From contig NC_042997.1 of the NCBI RefSeq assembly GCF_006345805.1, positions 70,060,001 to 70,124,000 on the forward strand: a DNA stretch of 64,000 bases. Reading direction: 5' to 3'. Numbering within the stretch: position 1 is the stretch's first letter; every line of letters begins with the position of its first letter. Source of the DNA: Octopus sinensis (Eukaryota). This document shows positions 12,931 to 27,075 of the stretch, in pieces. The position numbers and the translations under genes were made by a program. The notes beneath the pieces are model-generated. The model did no database searches. It worked only from the letters and a program-made list of their open reading frames with translations, and was not told where the DNA came from.

Positions 12931-13273
12931 TCTCTCTCTATACAAAGCTGAAGTTGTCTGTGTGCGGCAGGTTTGGTAGCCTTCAACTAACACTATCTCC
13001 TCCGAGACCCTGCGGCGCAAGTTGACCAAAATTGAGAGTATGATAGAAGAAGGATTGCTCTTCCTTCCGAAGAAGATAAAATTCAAATCGGACCAAAATC
13101 CCTATTTTTTACCATTTTTTCACTGCTGTGTCTCCACTTTTCGGTGTATTTCAACCAGAAAAATGTTCACTTGAACACAATAACAAGGTACATAATGCAA
13201 AATTTTTACTTTTCAAAAATTCCAATTCCAGTGGGTCGAAACAAACCCGAGCAACGCCGGGCGATACTGCTAG
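12931..13273 (+). mobile_element. Non-autonomous Helitron
   Basis: A|TC 5' end, subterminal hairpin CCCGAGCAACGCCGGG (13246-13261), CTAG|T 3' end, no TSD. The 3' ~250 bp are shared with 54480-54750. Confidence 0.85.
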
Positions 13274-13406
13274 TATATAAAATAATATATATATAATATA
13301 TATAATATATATGTGTGTGTGTGTGTGTGTTGTGTGTGATATATATGTATTATATATATATAATATATGTATATATATATGTATATGTGTATATATATAT
13401 GTATAT

Positions 13407-13465
<59 letters not shown>

Positions 13466-13467
<2 letters not shown>

Positions 13468-13762
13468 AGGCGCAATGGCCCAGTGGTTAGGGCAGCGGAC
13501 TCGCGGTCGTGGGATCGCGGTTTCGATTCCCAGACCGGGCGTTGAGAGTGTTTATTGAGCGAAAGCACCTAAAAGCTCCACGAGACTCCGACAGGGGGTG
13601 GTGATCCCTGCTGTACTCTTTCACCACACTTTCTCCCACTTTTCTTCTGTTGGCCTGCTAGCTTAGCCAGCGGGGTGGCGTCATTCGAAGGCTAAAATAA
13701 TGCGAACGCATTGTGAGCAGCGATGTTAACAACATCTGATGGTGGTTTGGTCGGTCACGTGA
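13466..13762 (+). mobile_element. tRNA-derived SINE, third family, near full length
   Basis: A box TGGCCCAGTGG and B box GGTTTCGATTCC followed by ~220 bp of unrelated body, ending in (TA)n. Confidence 0.8.
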
Positions 13763-13771
13763 TATATATAT

Positions 13772-13818
<47 letters not shown>

Positions 13819-13829
13819 ATATATATATA

Positions 13830-15127
13830 CGAGGGTGAGTCAAAAAGTATGCCATTTTGTTAGGACAGGTATAATTGCCAACACAGGAACATGTATCATA
13901 CATCAAAATGAAGCTGGTTTTCTATGGATCACATCCTTACTTCTCAACATAGTCACCGTTTCTCTCAATAGCAATGTTCCACCTTCGAATGAGAGCATGT
14001 ATTCCTGCTCCGTAAAATTTTGTTGACTATTCTTTGAGTTATTTCTTCACTAGAGTTTTCACTTCCTCGTCACTGGAATAAATTTCCTTTCAAACCCTCT
14101 TTCATAGGGCCGAAGAGATGATAGTCTGAAGGCGCTAAATCTGGTGACTATGGAGGTTGTGGAAAAGTTGTCCACGTGAATGAGGCGATTGTCTCCCTTG
14201 TCCTAGTGCTTGAGTGTGGTCGAGCATTGTCATGCAGGAGGAGGACATCGTCAAGTGGCAAGTTGGATCTTACTCATCGGATTCTTGGTCTGAGCCTCGT
14301 CAAGGACCTCAATGTAGGCCTGGGAGTTTATTGTTTTTACTTTTGGCAAGAAATCGAACAGAATGACACATTGAGCATCCCAAAAGACAGTCGCCATGAC
14401 TTTTCCAGCTGACTTTGGCGTCTTGAACATTTTCGTTGGTGGTGACGTAGAGTGGCGCTACTCCATTGACTGGTTCTTTGGTTCCGGTTCATAACGATGA
14501 ACCCATGTTTCATCACCTGTTACAAGCCTTCGAAAGAAGGTGTTGTCTCTTTGACGTTGTTCGAGAAGTTCAGTGCAGGCATTGATCTGCCAGTCTTGCG
14601 TTTGGTAGTCGGCTCTCTCGGTTTCCAACGGGCAAACACTTTTGAAAAGCCAAGTGATTCGACAATGTTGTAAGCACTTGCATGGCTCACTTCAAAGTTT
14701 TCTGCCAACTCATCAAGAGTTATGCGCCTGTCTTCTCTGATCAGAGTATCAGCTTTTGCTTTATTGGCAGGATTCGCAGAAGCGGACGGACGGCCAGAAC
14801 GGGGTTTATCGCCTACACTCACAAGTTACCACCTTTTCCTCTTTCAGACGACGGATCCTCCTGTATACATTGCTATAATCTAAAGTATTGTCCTCAAAGA
14901 CATTTTGTAATCGCCGATGAATTTTCCCTGGGGTTTCCCCCTCAGCAAAAAGTAATTCAATCACTGCTCTTTGTTTTTGATGTAACTAACGGGACAGCCA
15001 TTTTGAATTTTCCTTACCAGTCTTATAACCTGAAAAGTAAGAAAAATAATATTTCAGAACGTAAATGATATAATCAAACATTTCACATGAAATAAAGAAA
15101 ATGGCTTTACTTTTTGACTCACCCTCG
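13830..15127 (-). mobile_element. Near full-length decayed mariner (DD34D) transposon
   Basis: TIRs CGAGGGTGAGTCAAAAAGTA..GCCATTTT at both ends, TA flanks, ~1.3 kb. Peptides RSGRP..IREDRRITLDELA, VTGDETWVH, LLHDNARPH and PP*SPDLAPSDYHLF, with stops and frameshifts. Confidence 0.95.
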
Positions 15128-15150
15128 TGTATATATATATATATATATAT

Positions 15151-15236
<86 letters not shown>

Positions 15237-15249
15237 TGTGTGTGTGTGT

Positions 15250-15590
15250 GTAAGAAGTTCCCCTCCGGGCTACAAGTCTGGGCGGAATGTCGTCTCACCG
15301 GTGACCGCCCAATCAGTGTTGTTTTTATGCAAGACCAGCAGTCACCCATACATACCAGCCTTCCCTCACCAGCCGTCGGTGTTATTCAAGGGAAAGGCAA
15401 AGGATGATACAGCTTGGCACCAGTGAAGTCGCAACTCATATCTATATCTAAGTGAACTGGAGCAACTCAGCTGTAGAAATGAGCTGCGAGTGAAGGCGCT
15501 TGGCTCAGCGGTTAGGGCGTAGAACTTACGATCGTAAAGTAGTGAGTTCGATTTCCGGACAGGGTTACGTGTTGTGTTCTTGGGCAGGTA
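15250..15590. mobile_element. Two SINE fragments joined in opposite orientation
   Basis: 15250-15465 is a SINE body on the minus strand. 15490-15590 is a tRNA-like head on the plus strand (TGGCTCAGCGG...GAGTTCGATTTCC). Confidence 0.55.
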
Positions 15591-15799
15591 CATATATATA
15601 TATATATAATATATATATATATATTATATATATAATATATACGCACACAGGTGAGCACAAAAGTGCAAAACAAGGTGGAAAAATAGTGCTCGAATACAAA
15701 GCAGTGTAATATACTTTTTATTAAAGCTCCCAAATTGTCACAGAACTGTTACTCACAGTTGCACGCTCCCGTTCGTTGGACAGTTGTGATGATATATAT

Positions 15800-15843
<44 letters not shown>

Positions 15844-16423
15844 ATATATATGTATATATATATAATATATATATTATATACATAGACACATTTAAATTAT
15901 ATATATATACATATATATGTATATATATATATATATATGTAGATATATATACATATATATATATATATATACATATATATATAATATATATGCATACATA
16001 TATATATACATATATATATATATAATTTAAATGTGTCTATGTATATATATATATACATGCGTATATATATATACATGCATACACACACACACACATATTT
16101 ATATATATATATTACACGCACATACACACACTTACATATACATATATATTTAAATTTATGGCTGATTTAGTGGAATGCATATAATTTACATACACACACA
16201 ACACACACTCGCATATATATATATATTTACATACATGTGTGTGTGTGCGAGAGCATGTGAATGTATGAGTGTGTGTGTGTGTGTGTATGTATACATGCTC
16301 TGATAATCACACGCTACGCACAGACATTTATGTATGTACGTATATATAAGTATTCACTTGCACACAACCCTATTGCGTTAAGTATTCTTCAATTCTCCTA
16401 TTTATGATCTCATGCATTGTTAC

Positions 16424-16513
16424 CGTCTGAATTCATGTATTTCGAAAAATGTGCATCAGTGAACACGAAGTGTTTCCAAAGACAGTTGCAAGATACTGAA
16501 TATAGCCGTATTT
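16424..16513 (-). other. Candidate internal exon, 90 nt, phase 1-1
   Basis: Acceptor TTTTTCTTTCATTTAG and donor GTAACA. A single frame is open: IRLYSVSCNCLWKHFVFTDAHFSKYMNSD. No homolog recognised. Confidence 0.35.
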
Positions 16514-17441
16514 CTAAATGAAAGAAAAACTCAGCATGACGAGAACCATATTGGTAATATCAGAGAAAGCAGTAGAATTGTATGGTCACGTGTGGTCCGC
16601 TGAGTGCATTGATGTGGTAAGAAGAAGCTAGCATCTATGTATGGCTTCTCAAAAGTGAACGTAATCTATGAATAGAAAAGAAATCTATATAACTATCTAT
16701 GTTGCTGGCTAGATTATATAGATATTTGTGTGTTGTGGGAGTGTGTATAGGTGTGCACGTGTGTGAGAGCGTGTGTGTGTACCCATGACTCCACGCGAGT
16801 ATGTTCATGTGTGCATATGTGTGTATGCCTAATGTACATGTAAAATATAGGTATATACACACGCATAAAAATGTATCTTTAACTTCGTTTCTCCCTTCTT
16901 CTGTCACTGTCTGTCTGTCTGTCTCTCTCTTTCTCTCTTTCTCTTGCTATGAATATACACACACAAGCACACACACATATATATATGAATATAAATACGT
17001 TTATATATGTATATGTGTAGATTTATATATGTATATTTACATGTATGTGTTTGTATATGTAAATCAATATATGAAAATATATAAGAATATTTGAGAATAC
17101 ATGTGCAGCACGGATATATGTTAATCATGCCGTTATTTTTTATATACTTTCTTTGAAAGTGATTCCTGGGATTGCAGTAATCATTGAAAGCTACATCTAT
17201 GAAATCATCATATGTGTGCTTGTGTGCGTGTGTGTGTGGCTACATATATTATATATCCTTTCCCTTTTTTCTTTTACATGTTTAAGTCATGTATGTATAT
17301 ATGTGTATATATATAAGGATGTATGTATGTTTATATATACATGCATACATACACACATACATACATACATACATACATACATACATAAATACATGCATAC
17401 ACACACACACACACGCACACACGCACACACACGCACACGCA

Positions 17442-17474
<33 letters not shown>

Positions 17475-17539
17475 CACATATATATATAATTTATATATAT
17501 ATATACTATATATATATATATATATATATATAAGGGGTT

Positions 17540-18538
17540 GGGGTTGGACAAAATAATGGAAACACCTTAAAATTCAAACAGATTTCATTAATATTGGAGT
17601 AGGACCGCCTTTGGTAGTAATTACAGCTTGAATTCTACGAGGTAAAAGTTTGAATTGTTTCCAAAGGAATTTTTGCCCATTCTTCAGCTAAAAGAGTCTC
17701 CAGTTCTTGTAGCGATGATGGTGGAGCATATCGGCCTCTTACTTGTTTTTTCTAAAATCCACTATAAATGTTCAATAATATTGAGATCTGGGGACTGTGG
17801 TGGCCAGATAAGATGTTCAACTTCACTAGAATGTTCCTCGTACCTTTGCGTTACAATTTTAGCTGTGTGAATTGGTGCATTATCATCCTGAAAGATTGCG
17901 TTTCCCTCCGGAAACAGTTCTGCAGCCATAGCATGAATTTAATCAGATAAAATGTTTAAATAGTCTTTACTTAATTCTACCATAAAGAGATACCATTGGG
18001 TCGACGGTTTTCCAACATATAGCCCCCCACCCCGATCATCACAAATCCTCCTCCATGTTTAACAGTTAGAAGAAGGCAGTCTGGGTCAAATGCTTCTTTT
18101 GGTTGTCTCCACACGTATACATGGCTGGTGGCCGAAAGTAAGGTAAAGGATGACTCATCCGAGAAAATAACATTCGTCCACTGCTGTAGGGTGTAGGTTT
18201 TCACTCCACTCTAAACGCTTTGCAACATTTGTTTTTGAAAGTTTTGGTTTCCTGATTGCGGCCCTCCCGTAATATCGTGCTTTGTGCAGCTGCAGGCTAA
18301 CAGTTTTTGTAGAAACTGGGTTCTCGAGGTGGTCATTAAGCTGTAATTTTGGGAGCTGTACTTTTGTGATCCTTTCTAACAATTTGTGTAAGAGTCCGAC
18401 AGTCCTTATCTAAATGTTTTGGTTTTCTTCCGGAGTTTTGTTTCAACAAGGAGGTTTTTCCCTCTTTCTGAAAGGCTGTCATTACTTTCGAGACATTATT
18501 TCTTGATGCACCAAATATTTCGGCTGTTTTCGTTATGC

Positions 18539-18540
<2 letters not shown>
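17540..18540 (-). mobile_element. Tc1-family (DD34E) transposon, 5'-truncated and decayed
   Basis: Peptides WTNVIFSDESSF, TVKHGGG, FQDDNAPIHTA and WPPQSPDLNIIEHL. The 3' TIR GGGTTGGACAAAATAATGGAAACACC lies at ~17540; the element is cut at the (GATA)n tract. Confidence 0.92.
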
Positions 18541-19376
<836 letters not shown>

Positions 19377-20615
19377 ATATGTTTTAATGTATGCGTAATA
19401 TGCCCAAGCGCCCACCATATTTTTTTTAATCAAAATATTAAAGGATACCAGAAATGTCATCCTGATATCGTTAGTAATAATCAAAGGAACATATTTTCAT
19501 ATTACCGATAAATTTAATTACGCGTTGGTTTGATGTTGCCAGGATTTCTCCTCTGCATATGATAGTTGTTTTCAAATGTTCACCTATTATTTCGTTTCGT
19601 TGTCTATATTTGATAGTTTGTTTTTAACGATATTGGAATAATCTCCACCATATAGACTTAAAGGTACATGCACAAAAACATACATACACGCACAATAACA
19701 CACTCACGGACTTGTATAGGCGTAAACGTATACATACTCAAAAATACACACACATATATATATACGCAAAGCTCATATAGATATATATGTCTGTATTTGT
19801 ATATACATATTTCCTTTCTTATATATGTGTTTTGTATATATATGTATGCATATGTGTGTATGAATATATGTATGTATGTGTGTATGTATATATATTTATA
19901 TGTAAGGTATTTTATAAGCATATATGTATATATCGATTGATGTATCTCTCTCGTTTCCTGTCTATCTATATATGTGTGTGTGTGTAATGTTTATATACGT
20001 ATATATACATACGTGCATATATATTATTCATTTTATTTGTAAACAATGTTCCATTTCTGTGTAATACACATCTGTATCATCACTGTGAAAATAGACCACT
20101 TGATTAAACTGCCAAAGTAGCAACAGCTATGTTGAAAGGTCGCGAGTAATTAATTAATTTAGGTTTTCGTTATAAATATCATGATGATTCACTTACATTC
20201 CTTTCCTTCCTGACCCATCGTAGTGATCACAAAACTATGAAATGTGAAAACTGATCTAGGTAAACTCAAGATGTCTGGGCTGACGTTACATAAATGTACA
20301 AAGTGGATATACATTTAAAATAATTACGACTCAATGTTAGTGTCTAAGACATTTAATTTTGCAACAGATTGAGAATCATGGATAGCTTGAATACGTTGTT
20401 AACCTGTGTACAAACAGATCGTGTGGTCACATGAAAAGTCTCACAAAAGTCTTAAAGCTTTCGTCATGATTCGATTATTTACGACCTAGGTTAGTGAGCG
20501 CTAATTTATAACAAAGAAAAAAGTCATGCACATAAACATACAAATATATTTACAATCATTGATGTATGTATGTATATATCATTGATGTATGTATGTATAT
20601 ATATATATATATATC

Positions 20616-20682
<67 letters not shown>

Positions 20683-20815
20683 TAGACAAAATGAGATAAC
20701 AAAGCTAAGGCTGTGAGGAGTTATCAGGACATATATAAGGAAAAAGGTATAGATAAAATCTTACAGCCGTTTCTGGGATATTATGGATATCCCTTCATCA
20801 TGGATGTCGAATATA

Positions 20816-20846
<31 letters not shown>

Positions 20847-21119
20847 TAATAATTAAAACATATGCATATATATACATATATATATATATATATACATATA
20901 TGTACGTACCTACCTCTACAAGTATATATACACGCATATATGAGTACAGGACACCCAAAAAACGTCGAACACAATGAGAAACGAAAACATAGCCACAAAC
21001 CAAGGAATGGGAGATTTTTCTTAAACAACAAAAAAAATAGAGTACAGGACAAATAACACAAGGAAAAACCCTTCTTCAGTCGCCATGGTTTCATCTACTC
21101 TACGTTTCGAAGGTGAAGG

Positions 21120-21182
<63 letters not shown>

Positions 21183-21214
21183 TATTTATATATGTATATA
21201 TATATATAATTTAT

Positions 21215-21247
<33 letters not shown>

Positions 21248-21379
21248 TATCTTAAAATATATATATATATGTATATATGTATATTATATATATATGTGTG
21301 TGTGTATATATATGTTGTGAGCGTGTGTGTGTGTGTGCGTGTGTGTGTATGTATGTGTGTGTGTGCGTGTGCGTGAGTC

Positions 21380-21570
21380 TGTGTCTGTATCCTCATGATC
21401 ACTTGACAACCGATGTTGCTGTGTTCACATCCCCGTATCTTAGCCGTTTGACAAAACAAATCGATAGAATAAGTACTAGGCTTACAAATAAAGGGGTCGA
21501 TTTCTTTGACTAAAGACGGTGCTTCAGCATGGCCGCAATCACATGACCGAAACAAGTAAAACAAAAAAAA
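21380..21570 (+). mobile_element. SINE 3' half (long family)
   Basis: CTTGACAACCGATG...GATAGAATAAGTACTAGGCTTACAA...GGGGTCGATT...AGCATGGCCGCA. Confidence 0.85.
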
Positions 21571-21600
21571 AAAAAACTTTTAATCCCTAGCAACTTATGG

Positions 21601-21846
21601 TGCATTTATTGCGCAGTTTTGGAAAACATGTAAAGAGTCGATATCCTCCACCATCATCACTACAAGAACTGGAGACAGTTTTAGCTGAAGAATGGACAAA
21701 ATTTCCTTTGGAAGCAATTCAAACCTTATACGAGTCCTTATCTCGTAGAATTCAAACTGTAATTAATGCCACAGGCGGTCCTACCCCATATTAAAATAAA
21801 TTTGTTTGAAATTTTAAGGTGTTTCCATTATTTTGTCCAACCCTTG
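21601..21846 (+). mobile_element. Tc1 3' fragment, same family as 17540-18540
   Basis: Peptide KSRYPPPSSLQELETVLAEEWTKFPLEAIQTLYESLSRRIQTVINATGGPTPY*, then TIR GGTGTTTCCATTATTTTGTCCAACCCTTG followed by TA. Confidence 0.9.
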
Positions 21847-22697
21847 TATATATTACGCACACGTACGCACACATTCATGTATGTATGACAGCAATTAAAA
21901 GAACAATACTTTAGACGTTGAATATATGCCAACGTTGTGTTTGGGGCAAATGCTTTTCCATTATAGATATATATGCTTACATACATGCATGTATGCTTAC
22001 ATACATACATACATACATACATACATTCACACACACATACATTCATACATACATACATACATACATAATGCCATAGATATATGCGTATGTGCATATGCCT
22101 TAGTGGGTGAGAGTGAGAGACAGGGAGAAAGAGAGGTGCAGTGAAAGAGCGAGATATATATTCGTTTTTTTTTTGGGGGGGGGGGTTAGTAATGAGACTT
22201 CAAACAATTATAGAAAATAAAAAAGAAAACGGCAACAAAATCTAGAAATAAGGGCCATTGAAGAAACCGGGTCAACATAAATATGATGCTATAGAATGTA
22301 TTCCTCATCCACCTTCATTCTTTACAAGATGAAATAAAAAGTAAAATAATGATTATACGTCTCTTACAAACAATGAATATCAAATCGGAGAAGATGAGCA
22401 GGTAAACTTATTCCATCATTTCAAAATGAATCAACGATAAACAGTTTTATGCTGTATGCGAGTGCGTCTGTGATTGTATATATATATATATATATTATAT
22501 AAACAAACTCATACAAATGTATATAGAGACATGTATTACGTACAGTTAGTTATTTGTGTATTTGTATGTAAAACGTTATACAGAGACTCCCCAAGGAGTG
22601 TATTGAGTGTCATTTGAACTAAGTATGGTCTTCCCCGTCCTACGATGGGCATAACGCGTATATATATTAATATATATTCATACATACATACATACAT

Positions 22698-22745
<48 letters not shown>

Positions 22746-24187
22746 TATGTGTGTGTGTGTGTGTGTGTGTTTGTGTGTCTGTGTGTGTGTTAACATATAT
22801 AGACATGTACATATATGTGTATCTGTTGGTGTGTGTGTGTTTACATATATTGTTTGCATATATATATATATAATATATATATATATATAATATGTTTATA
22901 CGTATAATATATATACATGTATATATGTTTTATGCATATATTATGTTATCTGCTGGTGTGTGTGTGTATGTGTGTATCTATTCACTCTCTATTGAAAAAT
23001 AGAACTGATAATTTTCACTATTTCTTATAATGGATTATCGTTGAACATTTTTATGTGAAATTGCTAATGGAACCTGCCTTTAAATTCACTATATATTTGC
23101 TTGTGGAGCTGAGCAAGAAATACATATCTTACTGTGATATTTCCTTCTGTTATCACTATACTAATATCCTAGATTGGGGACATTTTCATCTTTACTTTTC
23201 TCTGACTTATCCCTCTTTGATGATAGTATATTCTGCTTATGAAACCCTTCTCAATATCATCATTCACATGCTTGGCTAGTCTAGAAACTAAAATCGATGT
23301 TTCGGCTAAAGTCTTGACTGCAATTTTTTGCTATATCATTATTCATGCACTTTTGCCTTCCTTATATATGAGGCATTGAAATGAAAATTTTATGACAAAT
23401 AACATTGGTAACGAAATGAATCTGTGACTGTTCATCACTTTTTCAGCACAAAAACGGAAGGTTAAAAGAGAGCTGACATGAAGTGGATTTTAGAAATGGT
23501 TGCAAGTTCTAATGGCTTCGGAAGTCTACAAGGCAAAAATGATGGCTCTAAGTTAAAGAACATAGGACCGAAGGTGCAGATCAAAGAGTTTAGTTGCCTC
23601 ATAGGTCTGAGTAAGTTGGCATTTCAAAGTATTTCTCCTAAAGAACTGGAATGACTAAGCATAAAAACGAGAAAACCAAGTAGCAGAGATCAACTGAAGC
23701 AGCAGCAAAACTAGCAAGCTCCAGCCTCCTGAGTATCATGGAGCACAGCTCGAAGAATATCGGAGAATATCCCCTCATACCTAGTCTTAGAAATAGGTGA
23801 GCAGTCGTAGCAATCCATTGTTATGTGATGATAAAGAGATAATAGCTGCAGAAGAAAGTATTCAAACTGTCGTGTGAAATATGAAAGGAACAAAATGTCA
23901 TAAAACATTTCACAGAACACAAACTGATAAGGAGGAACACTCTTCAAAATACAACGAGAGCATAGAAATGAGATCCACCATCCTTCAAAAATTAAACCAA
24001 TAGATAACAGGCAAAATCACGTATTTATAGTGCCATAGACATTTCAACGAAGTAAGTGTGACAGAGGAACGGTTAAGTTGTTCGGAATATAGGAGACATA
24101 CAAAGGAATGGTGGTTTTCAGAAAAAAGTATTATAATAAAATGAAGTCATAGCCTGCTCATTTCGATAATGAACAGGCTAAGATTTA

Positions 24188-24590
24188 AGACGGCGAATTG
24201 GCAGAATCACTAGCACACCAAGGCGGCGAGCTGGCAGACATTTTAGCACGCCGGGCGAAATGCTTAGCGGTATTTCGTCTGTCTTTACGTTGTCAGTTTA
24301 ATTTCCGCTGAGGTAGTACCAGTTGCGTACTGAGGTCGATCTCGACTGGTCCCCTGCCCCAAAATTTTGGCCCTTGTGCCTAGAGTGGAAAAGAACCACT
24401 AGCACACCAGACCAAAATGCTTAGTTACATTTCGTCCGTCTTTACGACCTGAGTTCAAATTCTACCTAGCTCGACAGTGTCTTTCACCCTTCAGGAGTCA
24501 ATAAAATACGCACCTGTTGAGCACTGGTGTCGATGTAATCGACTTACACCGTTTTTCACAATTGCTGTCCTATCAAAATTTGAAGCCGAT
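24188..24590 (+). mobile_element. SINE nested in SINE (short family)
   Basis: The inner copy 24221-24396 is flanked by a 13-bp duplication CACTAGCACACCA (24208-24220 and 24397-24409); the outer copy resumes in register after it. Confidence 0.85.
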
Positions 24591-25109
24591 ATTTACTTTA
24601 ACCTCCTAAAAATTTGTAACGGGTGCATTTGGGTGCACCAAACATCGACATGCACAGTGGCTGACGGACAAGAGCGCGTAGTAGTCTAACCCTAACTAGC
24701 CGGTAGTTTTCTCCTCCACGTGCGAGCCAAATCAAAAATATTTCTCATATTTCATTTCCCTTGAATGGTATTGAGTTTATAGTTCTTTTGCATTCATTCT
24801 GTGAGATTAGTTGTGCTTAATAGATTTTAAATTCTTCTATTTATATAATATAAAACGTCTATCACCTTTTCCCTAAGGTCTGTATAACTTTTCATGCAAT
24901 CCTGCATGTATTTTATACCCATTGTTTAATTGTTTATACCCATTTTATACCCATTATTTAATTTCCAAGTTATTTTTCTGTATTTTTCGTCCTCTTGTAT
25001 TTCATAAGAAGCAAAGTTATTAGAGATTATGTTGTTCTCAAATATCCACAAATACACATATATTAATTATTAAAGTACGTTTGTGCATATTGTATGACTG
25101 CGTACGTAT

Positions 25110-25171
<62 letters not shown>

Positions 25172-25553
25172 CGCGAATATGTGTTTGTACGAATATGTGT
25201 GTGTGTGCGCGAGTGTATTTTGACATGCGCTCACTCTCACACATAAAAACCTATATATACGTTCATTTGCATATACGTATAAGGTCGCATATTCTCTTGT
25301 TTTTGTTTACGTTGTATATGCCAGAATTCCGTTCTCTCCTTTACAGGTCAAATGACCAAACTGCCGGAGGCACGGCAGCCTTCCTTACTACATAGCATAA
25401 TAGGAATGGGAACTTCAACATATGCAACATATCTTGCCATGAGCTTATCTAATCGAGTCCCTTATACTCTCGCTGTGTCATTGCAAGTTTTACACGAAAT
25501 CTTCACCACAACCACAACTACATTTATCCACACCACCATCATTTCTTATTCGT

Positions 25554-25617
<64 letters not shown>

Positions 25618-25621
25618 TTAC

Positions 25622-25671
<50 letters not shown>

Positions 25672-25673
<2 letters not shown>

Positions 25674-26025
25674 TGGAAGCATTATCATATACATTTATTT
25701 GTCGTGGTATAAAACACGGGCTACAGCAAATATTCTGCTCAATGCCACAGATTTGCTTGTCAGTTGTTTTATCTTAACCAGTTGAACATGTCCCTTAGTG
25801 GCTGACAATATATGCATTTCTCATCACGAGCAGAAGTAGTAGGGGAGCATCGTAGTCATGTACTGAAAGGAATACTTTGGGGTTTGGATAATTCACCTTT
25901 GGAAACATGGGTGTTTTGTTCAACATCCTTAAACAACCCTTATTCTAGGCCCATTTGAGCGGAATGGGCTAGTCGACCTGAAGAATATTCTAACTGGGCC
26001 CCCACCTGCAAGGTCATGCGCTGTT
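25672..26025. mobile_element. (AAT)n-associated non-coding element 'X', partial copy
   Basis: Follows (TAC)n(TAA)n and is colinear with 51540-52044 and 52310-52844 (GGGCTACAGCAAATATTCTGCTCAAT, CCCTTAGTGGCTGAC, CAACATCCTTAAACAA). Confidence 0.85.
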
Positions 26026-26899
26026 ACATCCGTCACTAATGCTAAACTTTACCAAACATTGTTTACTAACCATTGTTTACAAATGTCAGTTTACCTTAAA
26101 ATTTAATTCGGACATTGTTTTTAAAATCAATGCAATCGATAAAATTAATATAAACTCCTTATATACTTAAGTACGTGAACAAAATACTAAACTATTCAAT
26201 AGTATACTGACGATATCCTTATGACCACTACAGTCAAAATGCCTGGTGGCATTTAAGAGGTTTTATGCCCTGAACATATATCCCGCCGAGATCAGCGTTC
26301 TACCTTACTTTCGCGCCCGAGAAAAGAATGTACCAAGTATTGGAGGCTACAAGAGTCCATCTGGTGCCAAACGTGCAATTATGCGTAATTGTTTGAAATT
26401 CAATTGTTAACACTACAATAACTGTTCAACGGGTTTAGCATGTATTTCAACGTACATTGTGACTATGAGCATGACGATATACTAGCCTCCATGCGTTGTA
26501 ATGTTATAAAGTAGCAGGATCAATAGTTAATAGAAAAAGCTTGAAATAGTTTTTAGCGCTAAGACAAAGTGGGAAAGGCAACAGCCTTAATCTTTGCATG
26601 GTGCTTGAGAGAATGCTAGAAAGAAAACCTAATACGTGAGTCACTGCAATACACACCAAAATATCGATTTTACTGTGACAGTAGCCTGACCCAAATGCTT
26701 GAAGCAGTATAAACCTGAATGCTTGAAACAAGAAGCTGCATCTATTTGCGATGTATGTGTGAATATAATTTGAGTCCAGGTATGCATTTTGCTATAACGA
26801 CACAATGGGAACACTGATGATTTTAATTTTGCCATGGATTGGGTAAATGTGTATGTTGAATGATTGCACGATATAATACTTTTATTATTCTCTTTATTC

Positions 26900-27075
26900 G
26901 GCGGTAAGCTGGCAGAAACGTTAGCTCGCCGGGCGTTCAAATTCCGACTAGGTCGACTTTGCCTTTCATCTTTTCGGGGTCGGTAAACTAAGTACCAGTT
27001 GCGTACTGGGGTCGATATAATCGACTGGCCCCCTTCCCTCAAAATTTTGGGCCTTTTGCCTAGAGTAGAAAAGAT
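26900..27075 (+). mobile_element. tRNA-derived SINE, short family, internally deleted
   Basis: GGCGGTAAGCTGGCAGAAACGTTAGC head; GGTCGACTTTGCCTTTCATCTTTTCGGGGTCG core. Confidence 0.85.

Noticed and set aside
13466-13540. tRNA gene
   Set aside because: A and B boxes are present, but there is no convincing acceptor stem or terminator and it continues into a SINE body.
23290-24180. Coding-like purine-rich stretch, possibly a decayed retroelement
   Set aside because: All frames are interrupted and I recognised no diagnostic motif, so it is left unannotated.
25347-25505. Resemblance of RVPYTLAVSLQVLHEI to METTL17/Rsm22
   Set aside because: Short match only, upstream residues do not fit, there is no donor after the motif, and no following methyltransferase motif exon.
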